DNA from: Leucoraja erinacea
Lineage: Eukaryota
Length of the DNA stretch: 64,000 nucleotides
Reading direction: 5' to 3'
Assembly: GCF_028641065.1 (NCBI RefSeq)
Contig: NC_073386.1
Coordinates: forward strand, 55,428,001 to 55,492,000
A program made the position numbers and the translations under genes. This document shows, piece by piece, positions 1 through 12,100 of the stretch (the first letter of the stretch is position 1; every line of letters starts with the position of its first letter). The notes below the pieces were generated by a model. It worked only from the letters and a program-made list of their open reading frames with translations. It was not told the origin of the DNA and ran no database searches.

Positions 1-1363
1 AGCTGTTATCAGGCAACTCAACTGTCCTCTCGCCAGCTAGAGAGCAGCCCTGACCTCCAATCTGCTTCATTAGAGACCTTCAAATTGTCTTTACTCTGAC
101 TTTATTGGGCTTTATCTTGCACTAAACGCGACACCCTTTACCCTGTATCTGTACACTGTTGACGGCTTGATTGTAATCATGTATAATCTTTTCGTTGACT
201 GGATAGCATGCAACAAAAAGCTTTTCACTGTACCTCAATTACATGCAACAATAATAAACAAAACTGAAGTAAATTAATTTATCTTCACTTAACCCATACC
301 CATCCGTTCCCTACATATCCATATGCAAAATTCTCTTAAATGCCGCTAGCGGATCTACTTCAATCACTACCCTCGGTCCTTCTTATTTTTGGTACTAAAA
401 TGTACCACATCACAATTATCTGTATTGACATGGATATGCTATTTATTAACTGTTTCTCAATCACCGAGGCATTACATCTTCTGCCAGTCACTGCGTTACA
501 ACACCTTTCACAGCATGGTGAAGATTCTATGCTTTCCTTGCAAACAAAACTTGCTTTTTTAACCCTCAAAAGGACACAAAGTGCTGGGGTAATTCAGCAG
601 GGGTTCATGCAATGTCTCTGGAGAACATGGATAGGTGATACTTTTCAGGTTGAGACCCCCTCCCGCCTCTTCAATTGGGTAAATATTCAAAAATGCTTCA
701 TTGACATTGAATGTACTTTGAGAGTAGAAAGATGCAACAAAACATTCCGAAGGAGGTTGCAATTGGTGTACTGTGTGGGATCAATATGCCTGTGGCTTTT
801 TGATTGATTGTAGACCAGTCACACAAGAAGATAAATGGTGGATGTTGGGGTTGCCTGCATAATCTAATATGCAGTGAGTTGATGCATCAGTTTCTAAGTG
901 AAGGTGAGAAAGTCAACAGCATGGAGTCAACTGATAACTACAGAAGTATACGAGTTATTATAGGAGTGTTTTTGGACCAGTTGAAATTTGGAAGGAGTGA
1001 GTGCTCAAGGGTTGGAACCAAGTCAGACAAAACATATCAATATGTGCTATATCATTGAATTGCAGAAGAAAGCAGCTTTAAATGGGTGGAAGCAACAAAT
1101 GGTGCTAATGATGGACGTCATGTTGCATGTATTCCAACACAAGATTGAACAGGCAAATATCCAAATGTAATACTCAGTGATGAAGCAAAAATTGTACAAG
1201 ATGTTAGTGAGAATACTTGCAGTATTGTGTCCAGTTTTGCTCACTCTGCTATAGGAAATATACCATTAAGCTGGAAAGAGTGAAAAGAAGATTTATGAGG
1301 AAAGGTACAGAGAGCCTCCTGTCTCTTAGAGGTCCAGTGTGTTCTGCAGATGAGACAGACACA

Positions 1364-1616
1364 CCTTCTGGTGACCCCTCTGTTCTCCTTCTGGTGATCC
1401 ACCCCTTCTCCTTCTGGTGATCCACCCCATCTCCTTCTGGTGATCCACCCCTTCTCCTTCTGGTGATCCACCCCATCTCCTTCTGGTGATCCACCCCATC
1501 TCCTTCTGGTGATCCACCCCTTCTCCTTCTGGTGATCCACCCCATCTCCTTCTGGTGACCCCTCTGTTCTCCTTCTGGTGATCCACCCCATCTCCTTCTG
1601 GTGATCCACCCCATCT
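1364..1616. repeat. Minisatellite, 23-bp unit x 11 (CCTTCTGGTGATCCACCCC[A/T]TCT; variant CCTTCTGGTGACCCCTCTGTTCT)
   Basis: Counted directly: 11 head-to-tail units ending 91 bp before the DBT ATG. Confidence 0.95.
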
Positions 1617-1639
1617 CCTGTAGCAGAGCTGCAGCTTTC

Positions 1640-1920
1640 CACCACTGCCCTCCTCAGCCTCTCTGACGCGTGCGCCGTTTTGCGCGTTGAGGTCAGTTCC
1701 GAGTAAAATGGCGACGGTGCGGGCTGTCATGGCCGCGCTGCGGGGCGAGGGGTTGAGAATTCCCAGCAGGAGGACCTTGCTCCGACAGGTACTGACTGCA
1801 CCGCACGGCGTGCATCGACAGCCGAAGCCACTTTGAGAGAAAGAGTGAGATCCTTGGATTGGTGCTGCGCTTGTCCTGGGCCGAGCTTTCCTCCCGGTTC
1901 CGAGCGGTGGTTCTGCCAAC
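1640..1920 (+). promoter_or_regulatory. CpG-rich DBT promoter/exon 1 region; YY1-like AAAATGGCG over the start codon
   Basis: High CpG density against the flanks; AAAATGGCG at 1705-1713; TSS not determinable. Confidence 0.6.
1708..1788 (+). CDS. DBT: DBT exon 1, mitochondrial presequence [27 protein letters not shown]
   Basis: AAAATGG start in a CpG-rich segment; Arg-rich peptide; CAG|GTACTG donor, phase 0 matches exon 2. Confidence 0.85.
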
Positions 1921-4900
1921 TGGGAACTTGGTTGCCTCAGTGAGCAAATTCCATGTTTGACCTAGCTTTAATCTGTCCTTTTTACACCTTGCCCTTCCAT
2001 ATCTCTCGTCCCCCTCTCCCCTGATTCACAATCTGAACAAGGGTCTAGACCCGAAACGTCACCAATTCCTTCCCTCCAGAGATGCTGCCTGTGCTGTTGC
2101 TGAGTTACTCCAGCATTTTGTGTCTGTCTAGTTTTACCTTGTGCGACTTTCTCCTGTACATTGATGGCATCCGGGTGTGGAGCTGAGCTGTCACTGCACA
2201 ATAGTTGTTTCCATTTGTACATAAATTAAGAATCAAATCCAAATCGATCAAGGTCTCTGATCGGAGCGAACTCAAAATCTGTAAACGTCTAGTTTTTTAA
2301 TTACAATTATGCTATGCAAATGACTGCCTCAACATTACCCATCCACTTAAAACTGAACTGTACAGTGTTAAGATTTTGTCTGTAAATCTTTTGTCCTTTT
2401 GTCCTTTGGTTCATTGCATTTCGTTATATGATGCAGGTGAAAAAAATACTTTTTAACTTTTGTCTCTGTGTTATGATTGTGATAAAGTGAAGAACTAATG
2501 AATAGGGGGATGAGAATGTAAGTGCGAGCTGATATAATTGTTAGAAGGAGTACTAGGTTAAAAGGTCAAAATAATAGATACATGAAGAAAAATTGTAAAT
2601 TTGCACGAACTTGTGATCATAGGCGGTCATTAAAGCCACCTGAGACAATGTTTGAACATGGCGTTTTTACTGAGATGGATATGGCAACATTTGGCTGAAA
2701 GGGCACATTAAATTGACCAATTAAGCAACTTTGTTTTGCATTTATTTTATAACTCAGTTTGATCATTGATTAGATTAACCTTTGCAAAATTATATGATAT
2801 TCAAGAAGCTGCAAATAACAAATACAGCAGTCACCCCTTACTCCTACATTAACTAACTTCATTTCAATGTTTGCACTACAGCATGTGTGATTGCACAGTG
2901 GAACACTGAACAGTTGAATAACATTGAAGGTCACCTGATTTGGGATCACGATTTGAGGTCTGGTGATAAATATCATTTCTAATTTATGTGGTGCAAATAT
3001 TAGTAACTTATCAAAGCATTTAATTCAGATCATTTAAAAACTAAGACCACAATTCTGGTGTCTTACGATCTTGTATTGGAGAAGGAGAATGAAATGTTCA
3101 TTTCCACCATTTGAATTATTAATATTTATGTGGAGGTGACATGATGTTAAGAGCTTGCAAGTCTCTTGGCAAGTAACTGACAACTTCAAATGCAAAATCA
3201 AGATTGCCATACTGTCACAATTATTTGAGTACAAACAGACTTTGTAGATACTGCAAGATGATGTCTAGAGCTACACACCTCCTTAATTTGCTCGGTCTTT
3301 TAGTATCTTAAAATGTACTGAAGGAGTATCTTAAATTTGACATATTTCCCTTTATTCTTGCATATCCTTTAGAAAAATCTTCGTTGATTTAGCTTCTAGA
3401 GATAGTATTATGTAGGCAAATAACATCTACAAGTAGGTCTTTGATAAAGTTCCTCATGGTAGGCTGCTGTGGAAAGTTAGATTACATGAGATCCTAGGAG
3501 AGTTAACTGGATGCAGAATTGGTTTCATTGAAGGAAGCAGAGGATGGTGATGGAAGGCAGCTTTTCGAACTGGAGACCCTTGACAAATAGTGCGTCAGAG
3601 AGATCAATGCTGGACTCATTGCTATTTGTGGTTTATATCAACAAATTTTATGAAAATGTACAAGGTACAATTAGCAAGTTTGCAAATAACACTAAAGTAG
3701 GTGTTATCGTAGACAGTGAAGATGGTTATCTTTATTACAGCAGGATCCCGATCAAGTGGGCTGACGAATCGCGAATTAAGTTTAATGCAGAAATGTGCAG
3801 ATATTTCCATTTTGCAAAGTCAATGCAAGGCAGGGCCTCCACATTGAATGATAGGGTGTTGCAGAGCAGAGAGATCTTGGAGTTAGTTCATAGTTCCCTT
3901 AAAATGGCATCACAGGCAGAGGGGGGTAAAGAAGGGTTTTCATTTATTGGCCTTCATCGGTCAGGGTATTCAGTATAGAAGTTGAAACATTGTTACAGTT
4001 GCACAAGGTGTTGGCCTGGGCCTGGCTCTGAGGCACAATGGGGAAGATTGAAGTCACTTTGAGCAATTGTCATCGGAGACTTGTTAGTGTGAGGGGAAAA
4101 ACAGGCGATTCTGTGGCCATAAACAAGACCCTGGATTGATGTGTTGTCTCCCTGGTGCCAGTGTCCAGGATATCTTGAGTAGTTCCAAAACATTCTCAAG
4201 GGGGAGAGGGCCATGTCGATGTGCACGTTGGCGCAAATGACCTTGATACATACCACCGCATGCAGACACCGACGCGCCACCATCAGTCCTACAAGATGTG
4301 TTATGTAGATATCAGAACAAGAATCCTGATGCGGCTATGGTGGTGACTGGGGATTTTAATAAGGCAAACCTCAAAAATGTTATGCCTAACTTCTGCCAAC
4401 ACATCACGTGTGTCACCAGGGGGCAAAGAACGTTGGACCACTGTTACACACCATTCAGGAAAAATGATACAAGGCTGTTTTTCTCCCTCCTTTTGGAAAA
4501 TCGGATCACACTGCCATTTTTTACTGCTGCCGGAGTATAAACAACGGATAGTAATGGAAGCGGCAGTGACGAGGGTCTGACCATTCAGAGGCCATGCGAC
4601 AGGATGCACTGAGTGATGTCGACTGGAATATGTTCCTAGCATGTTCCAGAGCCGTCAGTGAGTTTGCGGAAGCCTTCACTGACTTCATTGCAACAATAGC
4701 CGACAACATCGTCCCCATGGTAAGGATTAGCATCTTTCCTAACCAGAAACCCTGGGTGGACAGGTCCATTCACGTTGCTTCGAATGGACCTGAACTCTTT
4801 TTACGCATGATTTGAGGCGGGCAACAACACCCGTAGCTCGCTGGCTAACAATATCGTTGTCAGCGCGCTGGCTAGCGAGGCTGGAGGGAGTTCCACCGCT

Positions 4901-6104
4901 GGGGATGTGCACACATACTCAGTGTCCAAACACGACGTGAGGAAGCTCTGACGTGTGAACACGAAGAAAGCTGTAGGCCCAGATGGTATATCTGGGCGAG
5001 TACTAAAGTCTTGTGCTAATCAGCTAGCTCCAGTTTTCACCACAATATTCAACCTCGCCCTGGCCAAGTCTTTGCCCCTGCCTGCTTCAAGAGATTCACC
5101 ATTGTACCAGTGCGTAAGTATGCCTCTCCAGCCTGCTTGAATGACTACCGACCAGTGGCCCTCACCTCGGTGGTCATGAAATGCTTCGAGAGGCTAATAC
5201 ATCTGCGTCTTCCTCCCTCGCACCATGGACCCGTTGCTGTTCACATACCGTCAAAACAGATCCACGGATGATGCGGTCTCCCAGGTTTTGCACACTACTC
5301 TCTCTCTCACCTTGACAGCCAGAAGGGGGGCTATGTGAGGATGCTGTTCATTGATTTCAGTTCGGCTTTCAACACCATAGTCCCCACCAGACTTGCTGAG
5401 AAGCTGCTGGAACTGGGACTGAACTGTGTGCCTGGGTCCTGGACTTTCTCACCACCAGGCCCCAGGTGGTCAAGATGGGTAGACATACCTCCAACACCCT
5501 CACCCTGAACTCAGGATCCCCCCAGGGATGTGTCCTTAGCCCCCGACTGTACTCCTTGTACACACATGACTGTGTGGCCAGGTTCAGCTCCAACTTTGTC
5601 ATCAAGTTTGCTGATGACACTGTGGTGGTGGGACTGATCTCCATAACGATGCGAAGGCCTACCTGGAGGAGGTGGCTGACCTGGCACTCTGGTGTCAGAA
5701 CAACAGCCTCCTTTTGAATGTCACTAAAACTAATGAGCTGATTGTGGACTTTAGAAGGGCACAACAACTGAGGATGTACACGCCACTGGGGATAAATGGG
5801 ACTACTGTGGATAGGGTGAACAGCTTTAAATACCTGGGAGTCCACAACATAGAGGAACTGACATGGACAACACACACTGCCGCACTGGTGAGAAAGGCAA
5901 GGCAGCGCCTTTACCACCTCAGGCAGCTGAGGAAATTCAGAGTCTCTCTGAGACTCCTTCAATCCTTCTACTCTGGTGCTGTAGAAAGTATCCTGACCGG
6001 AAACATCTCGATCTGGTTCAGCAACAGCTCTGACCAGTACTCTCAGAGTAGAGGGAGTGCTGCAGAGAGTAGAGTGTTCGGCCGAATGCACCATGGGAAA
6101 CTAC

Positions 6105-6160
<56 letters not shown>

Positions 6161-9100
6161 TGCTGCTGGACCTATACATTAGGGGATGCAGATCCAGAGC
6201 CAACATGATCATGAAAGACCCCTACCACCCCAGCAACGTACTGTTCCAGCTGCGACAGTCAGGCAAGCGCCTCCGCTGTCATGCTGCGAAAACAGAGAGG
6301 ATGAGACGTAGTTTCTTCCCACGGGCCATCAGGACTGTAAACTCTGATTTCACCAAGACGTAATTACTGTTGTGCCTTTTAAAAAATGTAAATACTGATT
6401 CTGTTCTGTTGTTTTGCACAATCCCGCAGGCATTGCCACTTTCATTTCACTGTACATCTTGTATGTGTATGTGACAGATAAAGTTGACTTGACTTGACTT
6501 GGTAAAAAAAGGAATGAGGTTCTGTGGCGTGAATATAGCGAGTTAGGCAAAGCGTGAAAAAGCAGGACCTTTTGGGTAGTAATTTCCAGATTACACCTGG
6601 TGCCACATACTAGTGAGGATAGGAATGGGAGAATGGGACAGATGAATATGGGGCTGAGGAACTGGGATTCAGATTTTTAGACCAGTGGCATCTCTTCCGA
6701 GGGCACAGGTAACCTATACAGGTGCACAACCTTTTATCCGGTGTTCCAGAAACCGAAAAGCTCCGAAAACCGGCCATTTTTTCCAGATGTCGTCTGCGCA
6801 CCAAAGCTCGCGTTTGGCGCCAAACCTGACCCAAAACGACCCACGGTCAACCCAGGTCTGTACTACTGTAGCGGCTGCCTCCTCCCTGGAGAACGGGAGA
6901 CGCTTAAACATCTGTAAATCATTGCTTAAATGTTAGTCAGTTAGTTTGGAGGGCTTTTATGTGAAGGGGGTGAAGGGGTAAACTTTAATTCTTAGTCCCC
7001 TACCTGGTCGGAGAGGCGGGGAGCGGTCAATGCCTTACCGGGTCGCTGTGCAGTAAGCTCCGCAGCGCTGTGGCCGGTGGGGCCGCGGGCGGCGCCGGTT
7101 GTAGCTCCGACCCCGGCAACTCTACCCCTGGCTGCGAGGCGCTCCAAATCCAGCGCGGCCCGCGGCCGGACGCCCCAGCTCCGCAAATGTCGGGAGTCGG
7201 CGGCGTCGCAGCGCTGGGATACCAGCGGGGTGCGGGCAATGCCTTACCGGGTCGCCGTGCGGCAAGCTCCGGAGCGCTGTGGCCGCCGATACACAACATC
7301 GCGGAGCGTCGCTGGATTTGGAGCCGCGCAGCCAGGTGTAGAGTTGCCGGGGTCGGAGCTCCAACCGGCGCCGCCCGCGGCCGGACGGAGCCCCCAGCTC
7401 CGCGGCTCCAAATCCAGCGACGCTCCGCGAATGTTGGAAGAAGGCGGCCACAGCGCTCCGGAGCTTTCCGCACGGCGACCCGGTAAGGCATTGCTCGCTC
7501 CCCGCTGGTATCCCAGCGCTGCGACGCTGCCGACTCCCGACATTCTCGGAGCTGGGACGTCCGGCCGCGGGCCGCGCTGGATTTGGAGCGCCTCGCAGCC
7601 AGGGGTAGAGTTGCCGGGGTCGGAGCTACAACCGGCGCAGCCCGCGGCCGGACGGAGCCCCCAGCTCCGCGAGGTTGGGAGTCGCCGACCAGGTAGTTAG
7701 GGGACTAAGAATTAAAGTTTCCCCCTTCACCCCTACACCACCACCACCACATAAAATCCCTCCAAACTAACTGACTAACATTTATGCAATGATTCTCCCG
7801 GTCTCCGGGGAGGAGGCAGCTGCTCCAGACTTTTCAAGCCGCCCGCGCTACCTACCTAATCTACGCTAAAAATCTTCCATTCTGAAATCCGAAAATGTCC
7901 GAAATCCGACAAGTGTCTGGTCCCAAGGCTTTCGGATAAAAGGTTGTGCACCTGTATAAGAAGGACGGGTTGCACTTGAACTGGAGGGGTATTAATGTTG
8001 CTCCGTGGAAGCGTTTGAACAAGATTGGCAGGTGGAAGGACTGATGGGAAAGACTGCTGGGAAGCAAGAGTAAGTCAGAAAGAAAGGACAGGCAGAGAAA
8101 GATTATTGAACACCGTGAAACTGATTGCCTGAAGTGTGTTTACATCGACTCAAGGAGAATCGTAGGTAAAACGGATTAACTTAAAAGCCTGGATCAGTGT
8201 ATGGAACTATAAACATGGTCATTATGGAGACTTTGTTGCGAGAGGGACAGGACTGGCAGCTCAATGATCCAGCTTTTTGGTGTTTCAGATGTGATAGAGA
8301 TGGAGATAAGAGGTGGTGGAGTTGCTTTACTAATCAAGGAGAATGTCACAGTGGCACTCGGAGGACATACTGGAGAGCCCATCTGCTGAGGTGATACAAG
8401 TTTAAAAAAAAAAAAGGTGCAAACATTCCAATGAGATTCTACTATACACCTCCCAATAGCCAACGGGAGATGGAGGATCAGATATGTAGACGGATTACAG
8501 AAAGATGCAAAAGCAACAGGGTTGTCATATTGGGTGACTTTAACTTTCCCAATATTGACTGGGACTTACATCGTGCAAAAAGCTTGGACGGGGCAAAATT
8601 CATTAGGTGTATCCAAGAGGGTTTCCTGAAATAGTATGTGTATAGCCCAACTTGAGGAAGGTTTATACGAGACGTGATATTGGAAAACAAGTTTGGCCTG
8701 GTGTCTGGTGTTTCAGTAGATGAGCATTTAGAAACATAGAAAATAGGTGCAGGAGTAGGTCATTCGGCCCTTCGAACCTGCACCGCCATTCGATATGATC
8801 ATGGCTGATCATCCAACTCAGTATCCCATCCCTGCCTTCTCTCCATACCCCCTGATCCCTTTAGCCACACGGGCAACATCTAACTCCCTCTTAAATATAG
8901 CCAATGAACTGGCCTCAACTACCTTCTGTGGCAGAGAATTCCACATATTCACCACTCTCTGTGTAAAAAATGATTTTCTCATCTCGGTCCTAAAAGACTT
9001 CCCTCTTATCCTTAAACTGTGACCCTTAGTTCTGGACTTCCCCAACATCAGGAATAATCTTCCTGCATCTAGCCTGTCCAACCCCTTAAGAATTTTGTAA

Positions 9101-12100
9101 GTTTCTATAAGATCCCCCCTCAATCTTCTAAATTCTAGCGTGTACAAGCCGAGTCTATCCAGTCTTTCTTCATATGAAAGTCCTGCCATCCCAGGAATCA
9201 GTCTGGTGAACCTTCGCTATGGCAAGAATGTCTTTCCTCAGATTAGGAGACCAAAACTGTACGCAATACTCCAGGTGTGGTCTCACCAAGACCCTGTAGA
9301 ACTGCAGTAGTCCTTGCTGTCTCCTCCCCTTCCTCAGCCCCCCTGCTGTCTCCTCCCATCCCCCAGCCTTCGGGCTCCTCCTCCTTTTCCCTTTCTTGTC
9401 CCCACCCACCCCCGCCCCCGATCAGTCTGAAGAAGGGCTTCGGCCCGAAACGTTGCCTATTTCCTTCGCTCCATAGATGCACCCGCTGAGTTTCTCCAGC
9501 TTTTTTGTGTAACCTGCAGTAGAACCTCCCTGCTCTTATACTCAAATCCTTTTGCTATGAATGCTAACATACCATTTGCTTTCTTCACTGCCTGCTGTAC
9601 CTGCATTCCTACTTTCAATGACTGGTGTACCATGACACCCAGGTCTCGTTGCACCTCCCCTTTTCCTAATCGGCCACCATTCAGATAATGGTCTACTTTC
9701 CTGTTTTTGCCACCAAAGTGGATAACCTCACATTTATCCACATTATACTGCATCTGCCATGCATTTGCCCACTCACCCAACCTATCCAAGTCACATTGCA
9801 GCCTCCTAGCATCCTCCTCACAGCTAACACTGCCCCCCAGCTTTGTGTCATCCGCAAACTTGGAGATGTTGCATTCAATTTTGGGTTAGTGATCACAACT
9901 CCTTAGGTTTTAACATTATTTTGAACAGGAATAAATCTGGATCTTGGAAGAAGGTACCAAATTGGAGTAACGTGGATTGCAACATTATTAGGCAGGAGCT
10001 TCTCAGAGCAAATCAAGAACAGTTGTTATTGAATAAGACTGCATCTGACATGTGGAAGTTGTTTAAAGGCCAGTTGATCAAAATTCAGGACTGGCATGTA
10101 CCAGTAAGTAGGAGGGATAAGGATGGCAAGGTAAGAGAACCTTGGATAACCAAAGTGATAGAAAATATGCTGGAAGATAAAGGAAACGGAGGTAACATTT
10201 ATGAAGATCAAATCAGACATTCCAATGGGATTATTGAGGGCCATTGAGGCAGATAATGCAAGTAGGAAAGAACTCAAGTGGTGATCAGAAAGGCTACAAT
10301 GGACCATGAAACGTGTTTGTCAAGTCAGATGAAGAAAAGCCCATGGCTTTTTTATAAGTATATTAAAAATGAGGATAACCAGGGAGTAGGTGGGACCCTT
10401 CAACTATAGAGGAGGGAATTTGTGCTTTGAGTCAGGGGTACTATATGAGTACCTTGCACTTGTATTCACCAAGAAGAAGGACAAGGAGGACACAGATCAG
10501 TGTGGATAATGGAATTACTGTGGAACAGATATTCATGATTGGATTGGGAGGGGTGGGCTTGATTCTGTGTGGCATTTGAATGATGATATTGAAAATAAAG
10601 AGTAATAAGGTGAAGCAAAAGAACAATTAAATTATACATGACACAATTAATACACCTTGAAAATTATGTTCTATATACTGTAGGTGTCACTTTCAGCAAA
10701 ATAAAGTGTTTACACAAACTGGATAAAGGCACCACCTAAGGCAACGGAGAATGCAGAATATTTAAAATTATTTCAATGTTTTTATTATGTATGCTGTATT
10801 ACATTGCATAATACAAGAGGGGAATGATTATAGTTTCTGGCTGTTTTCTACTTTTAAGACATTAACCTTTAATAAAATATATTGTAAGAACAATTTACCA
10901 AAACTTGTGATGTGCAGTGATTGGTTAGGTTATTGATAGCAAAGTTTACAAATATAGCATATCCATCCATCATACGAATAGAAATGTGTCCTTCCAACTT
11001 TGATTGCTGGCCAGCAGTTGGAGTCAAATGTTGATCTTGTAGTTAAAACATGGCTGATGCTATTTTGGCAGTGCTAATGAATGGAGTCACTGCTACTCAA
11101 TTAATAGTTGTTTCTCCCAATAACATTTTTATTTTTTATCACTCAGCAACAGAAGTGAATTGCAAATGTAAAATGTCTCTTTTCCCCCTTTCCCAAGTCT
11201 TATAATTGCAAAACTGCCACTGAAGTCATATTGTTACATCTGTTTTTTGTCTCTGTCTTTGCCAGGTATGTGTGCACCATTATAGGTGTTGTAGTAATGG
11301 CCATTTTATGAAGCCAGAATACCTTGTATTTAACAAGTCATCTATTCGACTCAGCATACCGTTGAGAACTTTAAGAACCTCTGCTGGTAACTGAGATGTT
11401 CACTAGTTTCTTGTTAACTCATACTTCAGTCAGATTACTTGGGTCAACTGCTAGCTGACATTTTTATTTCATTTCTTTAGCTGTTAATGGCCAGGTTGTC
11501 CAGTTTAAACTTTCTGATATTGGAGAAGGAATCACAGAAGTTAATGTGAAAGAATGGTGAGTTTATTCCAAATTATGATTTAGGAAAAATTTGTATTGCA
11601 GAATTACTGTGACCAGTAAAAAAAAATGTTTTGTTCATAAAACTGATTTATTGGTTTATTTCTGACAATATACAATTTTACAATATAAGAATGTATCTCC
11701 TCATTTGAATTGTATTTTGTCTGATACAATTGCTAAGAGCTAATGTAATATAGTCCAGGATCATGTGATCTGGTGAAATTATTTTTGTTTAAATTGTATT
11801 GTGAATTTAAATTATGTCTCGTTAAATGTTGTGATTCATAACCAGTGAATTACTTTACAGGACAAACAAGGTGGCATGCGATAAAATCTTTCATATAGTA
11901 TTATGGTGAATGGCACCTTGTGTTAAAGAAAGACAGATGCATTTATTTAGCCTCTTTTATGCCTCAAGATGAATGGACCAAACCATTACACAATCATGGA
12001 GGCACGGTTGAAAAGCAGCCACTGCAAAGATTTTGGTTGAAGAATGTTGGATCAAATATCAGAATAATTTGTTTCCGTTCTCCAAAAATACCAATTAATG

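Larger units (their letters stand above)
8729..9880 (-). mobile_element. CR1 LINE 3' part with (TTTCTATG)-type tail
   Basis: Minus-strand ORFs [36 protein letters not shown] and [26 protein letters not shown]. Confidence 0.92.
4040..10560 (+). mobile_element. Old CR1 LINE (esterase-type ORF1 + endonuclease), split by later insertions
   Basis: ORF1 pieces at ~4040-4246, 6501-6718 and 7955-8010 ([14 protein letters not shown] reading resumes across the insert); EN pieces at 8130-8730 ([15 protein letters not shown]) and 9880-10560 (SDHNSL, PWITK). Confidence 0.75.

Noticed and set aside
1-1360. RTCA, the divergent neighbour of DBT in mammals, or another gene upstream
   Set aside because: No RTCA-like peptide on the minus strand; the region holds a LINE tail, a PLE repeat and CR1 remnants.
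1364-1616. Regular 23-bp repeats resembling a CRISPR array, and repetitive ORFs at 1241-1919
   Set aside because: Units are head-to-tail with no unique spacers, there are no cas genes and the context is eukaryotic; the ORFs are translations of the minisatellite.
6992-7700. Many overlapping Ala/Arg/Gly/Pro-rich ORFs (also 17304-17811)
   Set aside because: Stop-poor GC-rich palindromic interior of a non-autonomous transposon; no transposase or other domain.
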